From positions 1,824,001 through 1,888,000 of the forward strand of contig OZ244744.1 in assembly GCA_965219455.1 (NCBI GenBank): DNA of 64,000 bases, given 5' to 3'. Source of the DNA: Candidatus Latescibacterota bacterium. Its GTDB lineage: Bacteria; Latescibacterota; UBA2968; GCA-2709665. This document shows positions 41,972 through 51,858 of this stretch, in pieces. Within the stretch, counting starts at the first letter, position 1, and each line of letters starts with the position of its first letter. A model generated the notes under the pieces. The model saw nothing but the letters and a program-made list of their open reading frames with translations, did no database searches and was not told the DNA's origin. Position numbers and translations under genes: made by a program.

Positions 41972-44900
41972 ACCCGACTCAGTGCCGTCACAGCGTTGGT
42001 ATCCGTGCCCACCAGAAGGCCTGGTCCATCGGCATGATCCAGGCCGGCCAGCGCCGTCACGCCCCCATCCACCAGGTGGCTCCCGAGGATTTCTCCCTTG
42101 AGTGACAGGAGCACAATCCATCCGTCGGAAGTCCCCGCAACGATCACCTCTTCTTCGCCGTCATCAAGAAGTACCAGACCCGTCACCGCAGCGTTCAGGT
42201 CCCGGCGCCAACGCTTCTCTCCCCCGCCGCTCAACAGCGCCACGTTCCCGCTCTCGCTCCCCGCCGCAAAGCCGGTTCGGCCGACCACCAGTCCGTGCCG
42301 GACATCATCTCCCAGGTTCGCCGTCCAAAGGGTTTTTCCGGAAATCGAGTCGACCACGTAGACATTCCCATCCATCGCCCCGTAGACCGATTCCTTCGCC
42401 CCGTCCCCGTTCAGGTCCGTAAGCGCCAACGCGGTAAAACAGGGTCCCCCACGCACCGTCCACCGGACGCTGCCGTCGGCCTCCAGCATATTGGACGTGT
42501 GGTACTCCGTACCCACCAGGATCTCCTGCTTTCCGTTCCCTTCCACGTCTCCAATCACCAGTGACTGCGCCGCGTGGTGTTCGATCTGCCGCTGCCAGAT
42601 CTCCTCGCCATCCAGACTCAGCGCCCACACCAGCCACCCGTCCGTGGCGATCACGACCTCCGTCTGCCCATCTCCCGTCAGATCCGCCGTCCTCACGGCG
42701 TTCACGATCTGGTCGCGCCCGTGCGACACGATGAACTCGCGCTTCCAGCAGACCGTGCCCGCACCGTCGAACAGGGTCAGCGCGCAGTCCCTGCCGCCCG
42801 CCAGCAGCTTCCCCGTCCCCAGGTCCGCCAGATGCACCGTGCGCACTTCGGCGCCCGTCTCGCGCGTCCACAGGGCCTGCCCGTCCGGGTCCAGCAGGAC
42901 AACCTTCCCGCCGGCGGTTCCCACCGCAATCGATTCACCCCTCACGTCCATGCACCGCACCTCACCACCCGCATCGGCCGCCCATACCGCCCTGAGAGCA
43001 TGCTCCTCCTTCGGGACGAAACGGTCCTCCACGGGCGCCCGCCGGTGTATGTAAGGAGACCCGGGCCCATCCGTTTCCAGAAACCTGATTTTGTCACGCC
43101 CCGCCCGCGCGTCAATCCGTAACCCGCCCACCTGCACCCCATCCTCCCCCACTCCGAAGACCATCGGGCCGTCCGGACCTTCTATCCGCACCATGCCGTC
43201 TCCAATCCGCTCCATTCGACTCGCGTTGACTTCCGCTTTCGTCCCTGCAACCAGAAGATTGAAATACCGTTCCACCTCTCCGGCCTTTCCGCGAAGCGTC
43301 TTGCGCTGTCTGGAGATCCGGATCGGACCGTCTGCGTACGGGTACCCTCCGTAGGGATCCTGCCCTGCAACCCGCGCTTCCTCCGTCTCCAGAGACCTAT
43401 CAGAGTCATCCGCGTTCTGAATCCGGAAGTACACCCCCTCCTGTTCCACGGTCACCCCGCTTCCATCCTGCCGCACCTCACCGAGCGTTCGCCACAGACA
43501 CCGCAGATCGTAATCCGCGTCCCTCAGGAGCTTGATCGAGTCCGCAACCAGCAGGTACTTGCCTTTCAGCCAGAAGATATCCCGCGTCCAGTCCACCCCG
43601 TTGTAATCCGGCACGACCGTCCGGGTAAACGCGGCATCCCCGAAATCTTCCGCCCACTTCAGCGCCACCAGCGACGGCATCTCCGAGCTTTCTCCGTCGC
43701 AGATCGACACGACCGACGAGTGGTGTCTCGGCCGCTTCCAGATATAATCCGTCTCCGCCAGCCACATCCGCCCCTTCCATGTCAGACGCTCGATCGAATT
43801 ACCGTCCTCGTGCCCGTGCGCAAACGTCGAGGTTCCGTCCAGCAGCAGGTAGAGATCCTCCTCCCCGAAACCGCCCCGCAACGTCAGCTTGTCAAACGCC
43901 TCCTGGATGGGCACGTTCGCCCCGCCCGGACCGTGCTGCTGCACCCACTCGTAGAGCGGACGGTTGAACGGCGCGATCGCAATCCCCGCCATGTGGTCGG
44001 CAACCCGCTTCGGGACTGCCTTGTAGAAACAGTCGTGCCGCGGCGCTCCGCCCATCCAGTCCAGCGCCCAGAGATAGCACCCGTCGTCGTAGTACCAGGC
44101 CGCCTTGCACAGCGTGGCAGTCACCCCCGGCGAAGCGCTCCGCCGCACGCCATAGGCCCCCACGTCTCCGAAACCCACCGGGGATCCGAGGTTGTCCGTA
44201 ATCAGAATCGCGTAGTCCGCGATCTCCCGCAGGTGCCCGCCCTTCAAGTAGCGAAAATCATCCCGTTTCAGATCGTAAGTCATCTGGTGGTTCGGCACCA
44301 GCCAGCAGTATCCCCCGCCTCCGCCGTCGTCGTTGGGTTTGTAACAATCGGCCTGGCCGTCGAAAATCGCCCGGCAGAAGCGGCGTTCTTTTTCGAAATC
44401 CTCGACCCCGTAGTAAGCCTTGAAATATCCCGCGCTGGACGACATGCTCAGCCCCGCGAACGTCGGATGGTTCTGCCGGATCTCCAGGGGCGGCGGCTCC
44501 TCCCCTGCGAAATAACCCAGCCCCGCCACGTAATGCGTCAACCCCCAGAGCAGATTGGTCATCCGGAGGCGCTCCGCATCCGTAAACGCGTCGCTCTCCT
44601 CAATAAGGTCCCAGACGCAAAAGAGCCGCCAGGTCCAGGCGTAGATGAACAGCATATGCTCGAAGCACCACTCCCCGCCATAGCGGTTCTCTACCAGGTC
44701 CTCGTAGTAGAAAAGGACGTCCCGGAACATCCGTGCGCAGTCCGGATCGTTCGTGAAGTGGTGGGCGAGGCCCAGCGTCACCCCCTGTTCGATCGGCCCG
44801 CGGCCTGCGTTTCCCTGAAAACCCGCCGCCGTCCGCTCCCGAAACGCCTCCGGAGTCATATCCGGCAACAGCGCCTCGTGCGTTTCCGACCGCGCCAGGT

Positions 44901-45345
44901 TCGTATACCCCAGACGCCCCCCGGTACTCGCCAGAACCTCCTCCAGCGCCGCCAGTGCCGCGGCCGCACCCGCCACCGTGCTGCCCCCCACCAGCAACGC
45001 GTTATCGCCGCAGTTCTCCGGATTGTGCACCGTCCGGATTACATACCCCTCTCCACCCGGATAGTACTCATCCATAAACGCATATTGCCGACGGTACAGC
45101 GCCATGATGGATTCGTTGACCATCGCATTGCCCAACAGCACGCGGTGCCGGCCCTCGGGCAGCGGCGACCGGCCGGCCGGATCCACAATCGGCAGGTCCA
45201 CACCCGCATGCTCCCGGATCATCTCCTGCAGCCGCTGGGTCAGGAGCGTCCAGGCCGGGTCCGCCGGCGCCACGATCTCCGCCCCGTCCCGGAGGTCCGT
45301 GATGAGGTGCATCCCCTTCAGCGTCTCAATCCTGGTCCCGGCCAA
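41968..45345 (-). CDS. Heparinase II/III-like lyase + beta-propeller (close paralog of 35477-39154)
   Basis: Long near-identical stretches with the paralog; TTG start preceded by GGAGG. Confidence 0.78.
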   Translation of the reverse strand: MAGTRIETLKGMHLITDLRDGAEIVAPADPAWTLLTQRLQEMIREHAGVDLPIVDPAGRSPLPEGRHRVLLGNAMVNESIMALYRRQYAFMDEYYPGGEGYVIRTVHNPENCGDNALLVGGSTVAGAAAALAALEEVLASTGGRLGYTNLARSETHEALLPDMTPEAFRERTAAGFQGNAGRGPIEQGVTLGLAHHFTNDPDCARMFRDVLFYYEDLVENRYGGEWCFEHMLFIYAWTWRLFCVWDLIEESDAFTDAERLRMTNLLWGLTHYVAGLGYFAGEEPPPLEIRQNHPTFAGLSMSSSAGYFKAYYGVEDFEKERRFCRAIFDGQADCYKPNDDGGGGGYCWLVPNHQMTYDLKRDDFRYLKGGHLREIADYAILITDNLGSPVGFGDVGAYGVRRSASPGVTATLCKAAWYYDDGCYLWALDWMGGAPRHDCFYKAVPKRVADHMAGIAIAPFNRPLYEWVQQHGPGGANVPIQEAFDKLTLRGGFGEEDLYLLLDGTSTFAHGHEDGNSIERLTWKGRMWLAETDYIWKRPRHHSSVVSICDGESSEMPSLVALKWAEDFGDAAFTRTVVPDYNGVDWTRDIFWLKGKYLLVADSIKLLRDADYDLRCLWRTLGEVRQDGSGVTVEQEGVYFRIQNADDSDRSLETEEARVAGQDPYGGYPYADGPIRISRQRKTLRGKAGEVERYFNLLVAGTKAEVNASRMERIGDGMVRIEGPDGPMVFGVGEDGVQVGGLRIDARAGRDKIRFLETDGPGSPYIHRRAPVEDRFVPKEEHALRAVWAADAGGEVRCMDVRGESIAVGTAGGKVVLLDPDGQALWTRETGAEVRTVHLADLGTGKLLAGGRDCALTLFDGAGTVCWKREFIVSHGRDQIVNAVRTADLTGDGQTEVVIATDGWLVWALSLDGEEIWQRQIEHHAAQSLVIGDVEGNGKQEILVGTEYHTSNMLEADGSVRWTVRGGPCFTALALTDLNGDGAKESVYGAMDGNVYVVDSISGKTLWTANLGDDVRHGLVVGRTGFAAGSESGNVALLSGGGEKRWRRDLNAAVTGLVLLDDGEEEVIVAGTSDGWIVLLSLKGEILGSHLVDGGVTALAGLDHADGPGLLVGTDTNAVTALSRV

Positions 45346-45470
45346 TGGAAGACCCTCCTGTCAAATGTACGGTGCAAAAGCCCCGGAAGAATGTCGGGGA
45401 GCTTGTTATTCCGAATGGATATGCTTACTTTATCCAGTTCATCACATCTCACCGGGAGGCAAGGGGCAGG

Positions 45471-46586
45471 ATGGCAACCGTAACCCTGAAAAACGTCCGG
45501 AAGATCTACAACAGGAACACCGTAGCGGTAGAGGACTTCAGCCTCCACGTTGACGATGGGGAGTTCGTCGTGCTGGTCGGGCCTTCGGGATGCGGAAAAT
45601 CGACCACCCTCCGACTGGTTGCCGGTCTGGAGGACGTGACCGGGGGGGAAATCCACATTGACGGAAGCCTGGCGAACGACCTCCCGCCCAAAGACCGGAA
45701 CATCGCGATGGTCTTCCAGAACTACGCCCTGTACCCCCATATGGCCGTCTACGAAAACATGGCCTTCGGGCTGAAACTGAGAAGATATCCGAAGGCGGAA
45801 ATCGACGCCCGGGTGCGGGAGGTGGCGGACATCCTGGGAATTGCAGACCTGCTGGACCGAAAGCCGAAGGAACTGTCCGGCGGACAACGCCAGCGGGTGG
45901 CCGTAGGTCGCGCCATCGTTCGGAAACCGAAGGCCTTCCTTTTCGACGAGCCCCTGTCCAACCTGGACGCCAGGCTGAGGGTTCAGATGCGAACCGAACT
46001 CGCCAAGCTGCACACCCGGCTCGGCACCACCATGATCTACGTCACCCACGACCAGGTCGAGGCAATGACCATGGGCGACCGGCTCGTCGTGATGCAGGAT
46101 GGACGAATTCAGCAGATCGGCGCTCCGGTTCATCTCTACCGGCGCCCGGCGAACCGGTTCGTCGCCGGCTTTATCGGCAGCCCGTCGATGAATTTTCTGG
46201 AGGGCGAACTCATTCAGGACGGTGGCCTGGTATTCTCGGGAGATGGCCTCCGCCTCCCGATCCTGAACCGATACGACCACCGCTTGAAAGGCCACTTCGG
46301 CCGGCGGGTCACTCTCGGCATCCGGCCCGAGCACATCTTTTATGCGTCTTCAGCCCACGGGCTCCGGGAAGCTGAAGACGTCACCGCGAAAGTCGAAGTG
46401 GTCGAACCGATGGGACACGAAACCTATCTCTACCTGACCGCCGGGCGCGCTTCCTGTGTCGCCCGGATGTCCGCAGACCGGACGCCGTCGGTGGGAGAGG
46501 AGGTCCACCTGGCGTTCGACCTCTCAGCGGTACACCTCTTCGACCGGGAGACCGGGGGCGCGTTGCTGCGGGATGCGTCCGGATAG
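45471..46586 (+). CDS. Sugar ABC transporter ATP-binding protein (MalK/MsmX/UgpC family)
   Basis: GPSGCGKST, VFQNYALYPH, LSGGQRQRVA, DEPLSNLD, TOBE-like C-terminus. Confidence 0.96.
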   Translation: MATVTLKNVRKIYNRNTVAVEDFSLHVDDGEFVVLVGPSGCGKSTTLRLVAGLEDVTGGEIHIDGSLANDLPPKDRNIAMVFQNYALYPHMAVYENMAFGLKLRRYPKAEIDARVREVADILGIADLLDRKPKELSGGQRQRVAVGRAIVRKPKAFLFDEPLSNLDARLRVQMRTELAKLHTRLGTTMIYVTHDQVEAMTMGDRLVVMQDGRIQQIGAPVHLYRRPANRFVAGFIGSPSMNFLEGELIQDGGLVFSGDGLRLPILNRYDHRLKGHFGRRVTLGIRPEHIFYASSAHGLREAEDVTAKVEVVEPMGHETYLYLTAGRASCVARMSADRTPSVGEEVHLAFDLSAVHLFDRETGGALLRDASG

Positions 46587-46612
46587 CCGCCGGATATTCG
46601 GGCACAACGCGC

Positions 46613-47449
46613 TTACGACTTCACCGCGCCCGACATCAGTCCTGCCGTCAGCCGCTTCCGGACCAGCAGAAACAGCAGCACGGTGGGAATGGTCGCCACG
46701 ACAGCGGTTGCCATCAGATAGTTCCATTCCACCACATTGTTCTTCTCCCACGAATAGAGCGCCATTGTAATCGGCTGCATCTCCCGTCTGGAAACCAGCA
46801 CCAGGGCGAAGATGAATTCGTTCCAGGCGGTTATGAACGTAAAGATGGCGGTCGTTGCCAGTCCCGGCCCCGTCAGCGGGAGGGCGATCCTGAACAGCAT
46901 CCCCGTCCTGGAGAGGCCGTCGATCATCGCGGCATCTTCCAGTTCTTCGGGAATACGTTTGAAAAACCCGGCCAACAACCAGATCGAGAACGGCAGGGTG
47001 ACGGCGGTATTCACCAGAATCAGGCCACTGTATGTATCCAGAAGATTGAGCGCCTTCATCACCTTGAACAGGGGTATCAGGACGATCACGGGTGAAAACA
47101 TCTGCATCACAAGGATACCCAGGCCGAACACCCCGCGCCCCCGGAACCTGATGCGGGCCATGGCATAGGCCGCCGGCGCCGCGGTCGTGATGTTCAGAAC
47201 CGTCGTTCCCGTGGCAATAATCAAACTGTTCACCAGATGGCGCGCCATGGGAATCCGGACGAAAATGTCCAGGTAATTCTGCCACACGATAATTCGCGGC
47301 ACAAGCGTCGCCGGCGATTGAAACACCTCGCTCAGCGTTTTCAGGGAGGTCCCCACGACAACCAAAAACGGAAACAGCGCGAAAGAGGCTACGCCCACCA
47401 TCAGGAGCGCCTTTAAACCGTCGACAGGCCGCGCATGGATCGGTCCCAC
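46613..47449 (-). CDS. Carbohydrate ABC transporter permease (MalG-like)
   Basis: EAA loop ELEDAAMIDG, WNEF; GTG at 47449 gives a typical 278 aa; start uncertain because of the adjacent MITE. Confidence 0.88.
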   Translation of the reverse strand: MGPIHARPVDGLKALLMVGVASFALFPFLVVVGTSLKTLSEVFQSPATLVPRIIVWQNYLDIFVRIPMARHLVNSLIIATGTTVLNITTAAPAAYAMARIRFRGRGVFGLGILVMQMFSPVIVLIPLFKVMKALNLLDTYSGLILVNTAVTLPFSIWLLAGFFKRIPEELEDAAMIDGLSRTGMLFRIALPLTGPGLATTAIFTFITAWNEFIFALVLVSRREMQPITMALYSWEKNNVVEWNYLMATAVVATIPTVLLFLLVRKRLTAGLMSGAVKS

Positions 47450-47455
47450 GGCTGG

Positions 47456-47616
47456 TGTTCTGTCCCGGAAATAAGTTGCCAGGATTCGGCCGCCGAGTCG
47501 CCCGGCTCGCAAGGCGCCGGAGCGCAGGCGACCTGCGCAAGGTCGGGGAGCGAGGGGAACGCGGCGAGACGGGATGAATCGGCGGAAGAATGGTGAGGTA
47601 TTTTTGGGACCGGACA
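47456..47616. mobile_element. 161-bp MITE-like palindromic element
   Basis: Imperfect TIRs TGTTCTGTCCCGGAAATA / TGTCCGGTCCCAAAAATA (rev-comp), flanked by CTGG (47452-55) and CTAG (47617-20). Confidence 0.65.
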
Positions 47617-48483
47617 CTAGATGTCCCTCCTGTATAGCACGCGCCACTGGAGAATACTGATCGCAAGCAGCAGAAAGAAGGTCAGAACGGTCAACGTGCT
47701 GGCCTGCCCGAAGTTGAAATAACCGAACGCCCGCCGGTAGATTTCGGTGACCATAATCTGGGTCTGGTTTGCCGGTCCTCCCGCCGTAATCACGTAGATA
47801 AACACAAAGCTGTTGAACGACCAGATAACGCTGACCAGCAGGACCGCCAGCGTGACAGGTCGCAGCAGCGGCAGCGTGATATGACGGAATCGCCTGAGTC
47901 CCGTGGCTCCGTCGATAATAGACGCTTCGTACAGATCCACAGGGATCGCCTGCAGCGCCGACAGGAACGCGAACGTCGTAAACGGCAGGGCCGTCCACAA
48001 GCGGGCTACCAGCGCCCCGGCAAAGGCCGTTGATGCATCCGTCAGCCATTGAACCGGCGTATCGATGACATGCAAGCCCAGCAAAAGCGCATTCAAATGT
48101 CCGTACTCGCCGTTGTACATCCATTTCCATGTGATAGCCGCCACGACCAGCGGCGTCGCCCAGGCGAGGATCAGCAGGCCCCGGACCCATTCGCTGAAAG
48201 CCGACCCCCGGCTCAACAGAAGCGCCACGCCGAGCCCCAGCCCCACATTCATCGTCACCGCCAGCGCCGTCCACAGCGCCGTATTCTTCAGCACCAGCCA
48301 AAACAGATCGTCCGCCACAAGCCCCAGGTAATTCCCCAACCCGACAAACGTCTCTCCTTTATAGGACGTGTGATAGAGACTCGTTCCCATCACATCCAGT
48401 ATGGGAAACCCCATAAACAGAAGCAGCCACAGGGCCGCCGGGGCAACATAGAAGTACGCCAGCCTGCGTTTCTCCCGCTCGAT
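47617..48483 (-). CDS. Carbohydrate ABC transporter permease (MalF-like)
   Basis: LYEASIIDGA, FRHITLPLL, TAGGP; first TM segment (RRLAYFYVAPA) lies upstream of the first ATG (48414); probable ATC start at 48483. Confidence 0.88.
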   Translation of the reverse strand: MEREKRRLAYFYVAPAALWLLLFMGFPILDVMGTSLYHTSYKGETFVGLGNYLGLVADDLFWLVLKNTALWTALAVTMNVGLGLGVALLLSRGSAFSEWVRGLLILAWATPLVVAAITWKWMYNGEYGHLNALLLGLHVIDTPVQWLTDASTAFAGALVARLWTALPFTTFAFLSALQAIPVDLYEASIIDGATGLRRFRHITLPLLRPVTLAVLLVSVIWSFNSFVFIYVITAGGPANQTQIMVTEIYRRAFGYFNFGQASTLTVLTFFLLLAISILQWRVLYRRDI

Positions 48484-48492
48484 GCAGTCTCC

Positions 48493-49776
48493 TCACTCCC
48501 CGCGGGGAAGCGTCGGGTCTTCCAGCTCTCTCATCAGACGTGCATAAACCGTATCAAGCGCCTCCCGGGGAGACGCCGTACCCGCCAGTACCATCTGAAT
48601 CGCCTCCCCCCACCCGTCCTGGATCTTCGTCCATTCCGGGTGCTGCGGCGTGAGCTCGATCAGGTCCACCTGCGCCAGGTAGTTCCGGATCGGCACCGTC
48701 CTGTAATAGGCGTGCTCCGACACGGTCCCGGTCACCGGCACGCCCCCGTTCTCCACGTCCATCAGCGCCCGATTCGCCGGCCGCTGCGTAAAGCGGATGA
48801 ACTCATACGCCAGATCCTTTTGCTTCGACGTGGAAAACACGGAGAAGATATCCAGAATCAATAGCATCTTCCGGTCCCTGCCCGCGGGCATCGTCAGCGG
48901 CTCGCACGCAATCCCGGCATCCTGACACCGCTTGTACTGCCACGGCCCGCTGAACGTCAGCCCTGCCTTGCCTGCATCCATCACGGCATAACAGTCATCC
49001 GCGTTCAGATTCAGGATGCCCGGCGGCATGACCCTGTCCACCAGGTGCATATCCGTGAGAAACTTCACGTACGCCACCGCTTCGGGGCTGTTAATTGCCA
49101 GCTTTCCGTCCCGGCCGAAAAAATCGGCTCCGAAGCCCCACATCATTGCGATCTGTTCCTGCATCAGGTGTTTCGGCCGTCCCGCGCCAACGCAGATCCC
49201 GTAGCGATCGGGCGGCTTGTTCAACTTTATTGCCAGTTCCCGGACCGCCTCCCACGTATCCGGCTGGCCGGTCATCCCTTCCTCGTCCATCCAATCCCTG
49301 CGCACGTACAGAACCCGGTTTGCCCCCCACAACGGCACGCCGTAGGTCTTTCCCCTGTATTTGCCCGCGCTCAACGCCGCTGCAATCCACTCGTCCCGTT
49401 CGGCATCCGTCATATATCCGTCCAGCGGCTCCAGCACCCCCCGCTCCGCATACTCCGAAATCATCCCCATAAACAGGTATCCCAGATCCGGCAGGTTTTC
49501 CCCCTGTATCATGGTATTGTAGACGGTTGGACCCTGATCGTACGGGATAAACTGCTGCTCGATCTCCACATCGGGACGTTCCTCTTCAAATCCCTTTTTC
49601 CACGCCCGGAACGCTTCCCGTTCCGGCCCCATCCAGGCGATTCTCAGCTTCACCGTATCACCGGACGATCCGTCATCGGTTCCGTCACACGCGGTTAGAA
49701 CAGAGCCGAGAAACAAAGCCACGGAAATCCCCAGACCCATCTGTATTTTAAGCTTTCCCCGCCATTCAATATGCAT
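48493..49776 (-). CDS. Sugar ABC transporter substrate-binding lipoprotein
   Basis: Lipobox LTAC, PDLGY, LEPLD, GKTYGVP, LYVRRD. Confidence 0.92.
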   Translation of the reverse strand: MHIEWRGKLKIQMGLGISVALFLGSVLTACDGTDDGSSGDTVKLRIAWMGPEREAFRAWKKGFEEERPDVEIEQQFIPYDQGPTVYNTMIQGENLPDLGYLFMGMISEYAERGVLEPLDGYMTDAERDEWIAAALSAGKYRGKTYGVPLWGANRVLYVRRDWMDEEGMTGQPDTWEAVRELAIKLNKPPDRYGICVGAGRPKHLMQEQIAMMWGFGADFFGRDGKLAINSPEAVAYVKFLTDMHLVDRVMPPGILNLNADDCYAVMDAGKAGLTFSGPWQYKRCQDAGIACEPLTMPAGRDRKMLLILDIFSVFSTSKQKDLAYEFIRFTQRPANRALMDVENGGVPVTGTVSEHAYYRTVPIRNYLAQVDLIELTPQHPEWTKIQDGWGEAIQMVLAGTASPREALDTVYARLMRELEDPTLPRGE

Positions 49777-51736
49777 GTACTCCGTGCCCCTCTCCGCCGA
49801 AATAGGTGACGTCCAGCAGGAACGAAACCCCCACGTTCAACGCATAACCAATCATCAAGCCCAGGAAAAACGGTATCGAACGCCGGTAGAGAAAGACGCC
49901 GCCTGCCTTCAGCACAATCCCCTTGACCGCCCAGGCAAGAAACACCGAGAGCACGGAATGCACCGTCATTCCCGACCAGGTAACGGCCAGCCCGAGTGGA
50001 TGCAACGGCCACCACGGCACGCGGTTTCGCAGGAAGGTAAGCAGAAGCATCGCGGCAAAGCCAGCCCCGAAATATCCGAACACCTCGGATTTCACCGGGT
50101 CCGGGCTGGACATCATGCCCACAAATGAATTGAACGTGGGCGCCGTTCGCCGCAGCAGCGCGATACTCCCGAAATTATACGCGCCGATCGTATACCCCCA
50201 GTAGAGGGTCAGGCCGACAGACGTCGCCACCGCCCCGACCAGGCCCAGCGCCACGGCCAGGCCGAGCCGGCGCCGGTTCCCTCCGATCAGGTCACCGATT
50301 TTCACGACATGCGCCAATGAGGGCATAAAGAGCCCGCGGCCGTCGTTGCGCAGGGCGAACGAAAAGGCCAGGGCCGTCATCGCCCGCCCCGGGATCTCCG
50401 CTGGGCCGACGGCGTTCAGAATCGCGCTTTGCGGAAACATCGGGGAACTGACGTATAGCAGCCCCGACTGCGCAACCACCCGCGCCACGCCCACGTAGGT
50501 CGCGAAATAGAGGAGCACGAGCACTGCTGAAAGAGACAGGCCCATGCCCGAACTATGAAACCATGCAACGATAAAGATCAGGCTCAACACTACGCCGGCC
50601 GCGGCCGTGCGGTAGGACAGGATCTCCTCTGCATCCTGGCGGGAGGGATGCAGCGCCTCCCTGATGACCTGCCGGAGGTGCTTCCGGGCGGTCCACAGCC
50701 CCCAACCGACCAGGGCGCACAACGCGCCGAAGCTCTGCCACGATACGGCCGACCGTCCGGAGATCCCGCCAACGCCCAGCCTCCCGAAAATAAAGATCTC
50801 CCACATGGCCATAAAGTGAAAAAACCAGATACTGAAGAGCACGTCCAGATTCGCCAGATACGCGAACCCGATCGTGTAAAAATTGATGGTCGTATGGAGC
50901 GCGGGAAATCCCTTGTAAAACGTGGTCCAGCGTGACGGGATGCCGAGAGGTATCTCGGGAAACCCAGGCGCAAAATGCGACATCATATTCCAGGTCATCA
51001 CCAGCGTGGCCGCGCCAAAACCGAACTTGAACGCCCGTGTCCGCATGAACCCGGGAAACGAACCCCCGTCCCGCGCGTCCCCGGCCATATCCGCAACCAC
51101 CTGGGCGAGCGGGTACACCAGACGTTCGTACTCGACCCACTGGCGCCGAAGGATCACCATCAGGCACATCGAAGCGAAGGCAAGAGCGCCCACCAGGGCC
51201 ATCCACCAGCTCAACGGCCCCGCCCACGCGGCCCAGGGAATCGGCGCGTCCCTGGACGGGAGGCCTTCGAACAGCATCCGCATCGTGCCGCCGCGGTTCG
51301 ACGGCGCGATCCAGTCCGGCATGTGCAGATGAAAAAAGGCGCCCCACTGGTTTTCGGGCGTTGCAAGGTAGTACGGAACCGAGATCGTTCCAAGGAGGGT
51401 CGTCATCAGGCTGAAACCGGGTACTACGGCGCCCGTCAACCCCATAGCAGCCACGACCAGAATCTCGGACCGGGAAAGGCCCTCGCCTCGCCGGATTGCC
51501 CGGAGCGCGGGATTCACAAGCAGCGCGAGCAGCATCAGGGGCACGAACAGCCCCATGGGGAAATGGGTTACCTGCAGCCACGAAGCCCGGATCAGGTACA
51601 GCGAGTAGAGGATCCAGAAATTGACGAAAACCACGATCAACAGGCCGATGCCCACAGACCTCGGAGTGACCCCGTGTCGCGGCTTTTCGGGGTTTCGAAT
51701 CAGTGGTTCCGCAGCATTTACGAACTTGGATTCCAT
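49766..51736 (-). CDS. DUF6785/DUF6784-like polytopic membrane protein
   Basis: YLATPENQW, ILRRQWVEYERLVYPLA, WWPLHPLG. Confidence 0.8.
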   Translation of the reverse strand: MESKFVNAAEPLIRNPEKPRHGVTPRSVGIGLLIVVFVNFWILYSLYLIRASWLQVTHFPMGLFVPLMLLALLVNPALRAIRRGEGLSRSEILVVAAMGLTGAVVPGFSLMTTLLGTISVPYYLATPENQWGAFFHLHMPDWIAPSNRGGTMRMLFEGLPSRDAPIPWAAWAGPLSWWMALVGALAFASMCLMVILRRQWVEYERLVYPLAQVVADMAGDARDGGSFPGFMRTRAFKFGFGAATLVMTWNMMSHFAPGFPEIPLGIPSRWTTFYKGFPALHTTINFYTIGFAYLANLDVLFSIWFFHFMAMWEIFIFGRLGVGGISGRSAVSWQSFGALCALVGWGLWTARKHLRQVIREALHPSRQDAEEILSYRTAAAGVVLSLIFIVAWFHSSGMGLSLSAVLVLLYFATYVGVARVVAQSGLLYVSSPMFPQSAILNAVGPAEIPGRAMTALAFSFALRNDGRGLFMPSLAHVVKIGDLIGGNRRRLGLAVALGLVGAVATSVGLTLYWGYTIGAYNFGSIALLRRTAPTFNSFVGMMSSPDPVKSEVFGYFGAGFAAMLLLTFLRNRVPWWPLHPLGLAVTWSGMTVHSVLSVFLAWAVKGIVLKAGGVFLYRRSIPFFLGLMIGYALNVGVSFLLDVTYFGGEGHGVHAY

Positions 51737-51858
51737 AGATGTCGTATCGGATGCTGTCGTGGCAGGTTATTTCGAGGAAGGTTGGAGCCTGTGCCGGGGG
51801 ACGCATACATCCGGGTTTCGCCTGGCGGCATGAACCGGAACGGAAAGACGATTCGCGC

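Noticed and set aside
38036-45483. Long plus-strand ORFs (38036-39571, 43720-45483 and similar shadows elsewhere)
   Set aside because: They are antisense to well-supported genes in high-GC DNA and have low-complexity R/P/V-rich translations.
47618-48301. 562-aa version of the MalG-like permease
   Set aside because: The extension overlaps the MalF-like gene in another frame and has no permease character.
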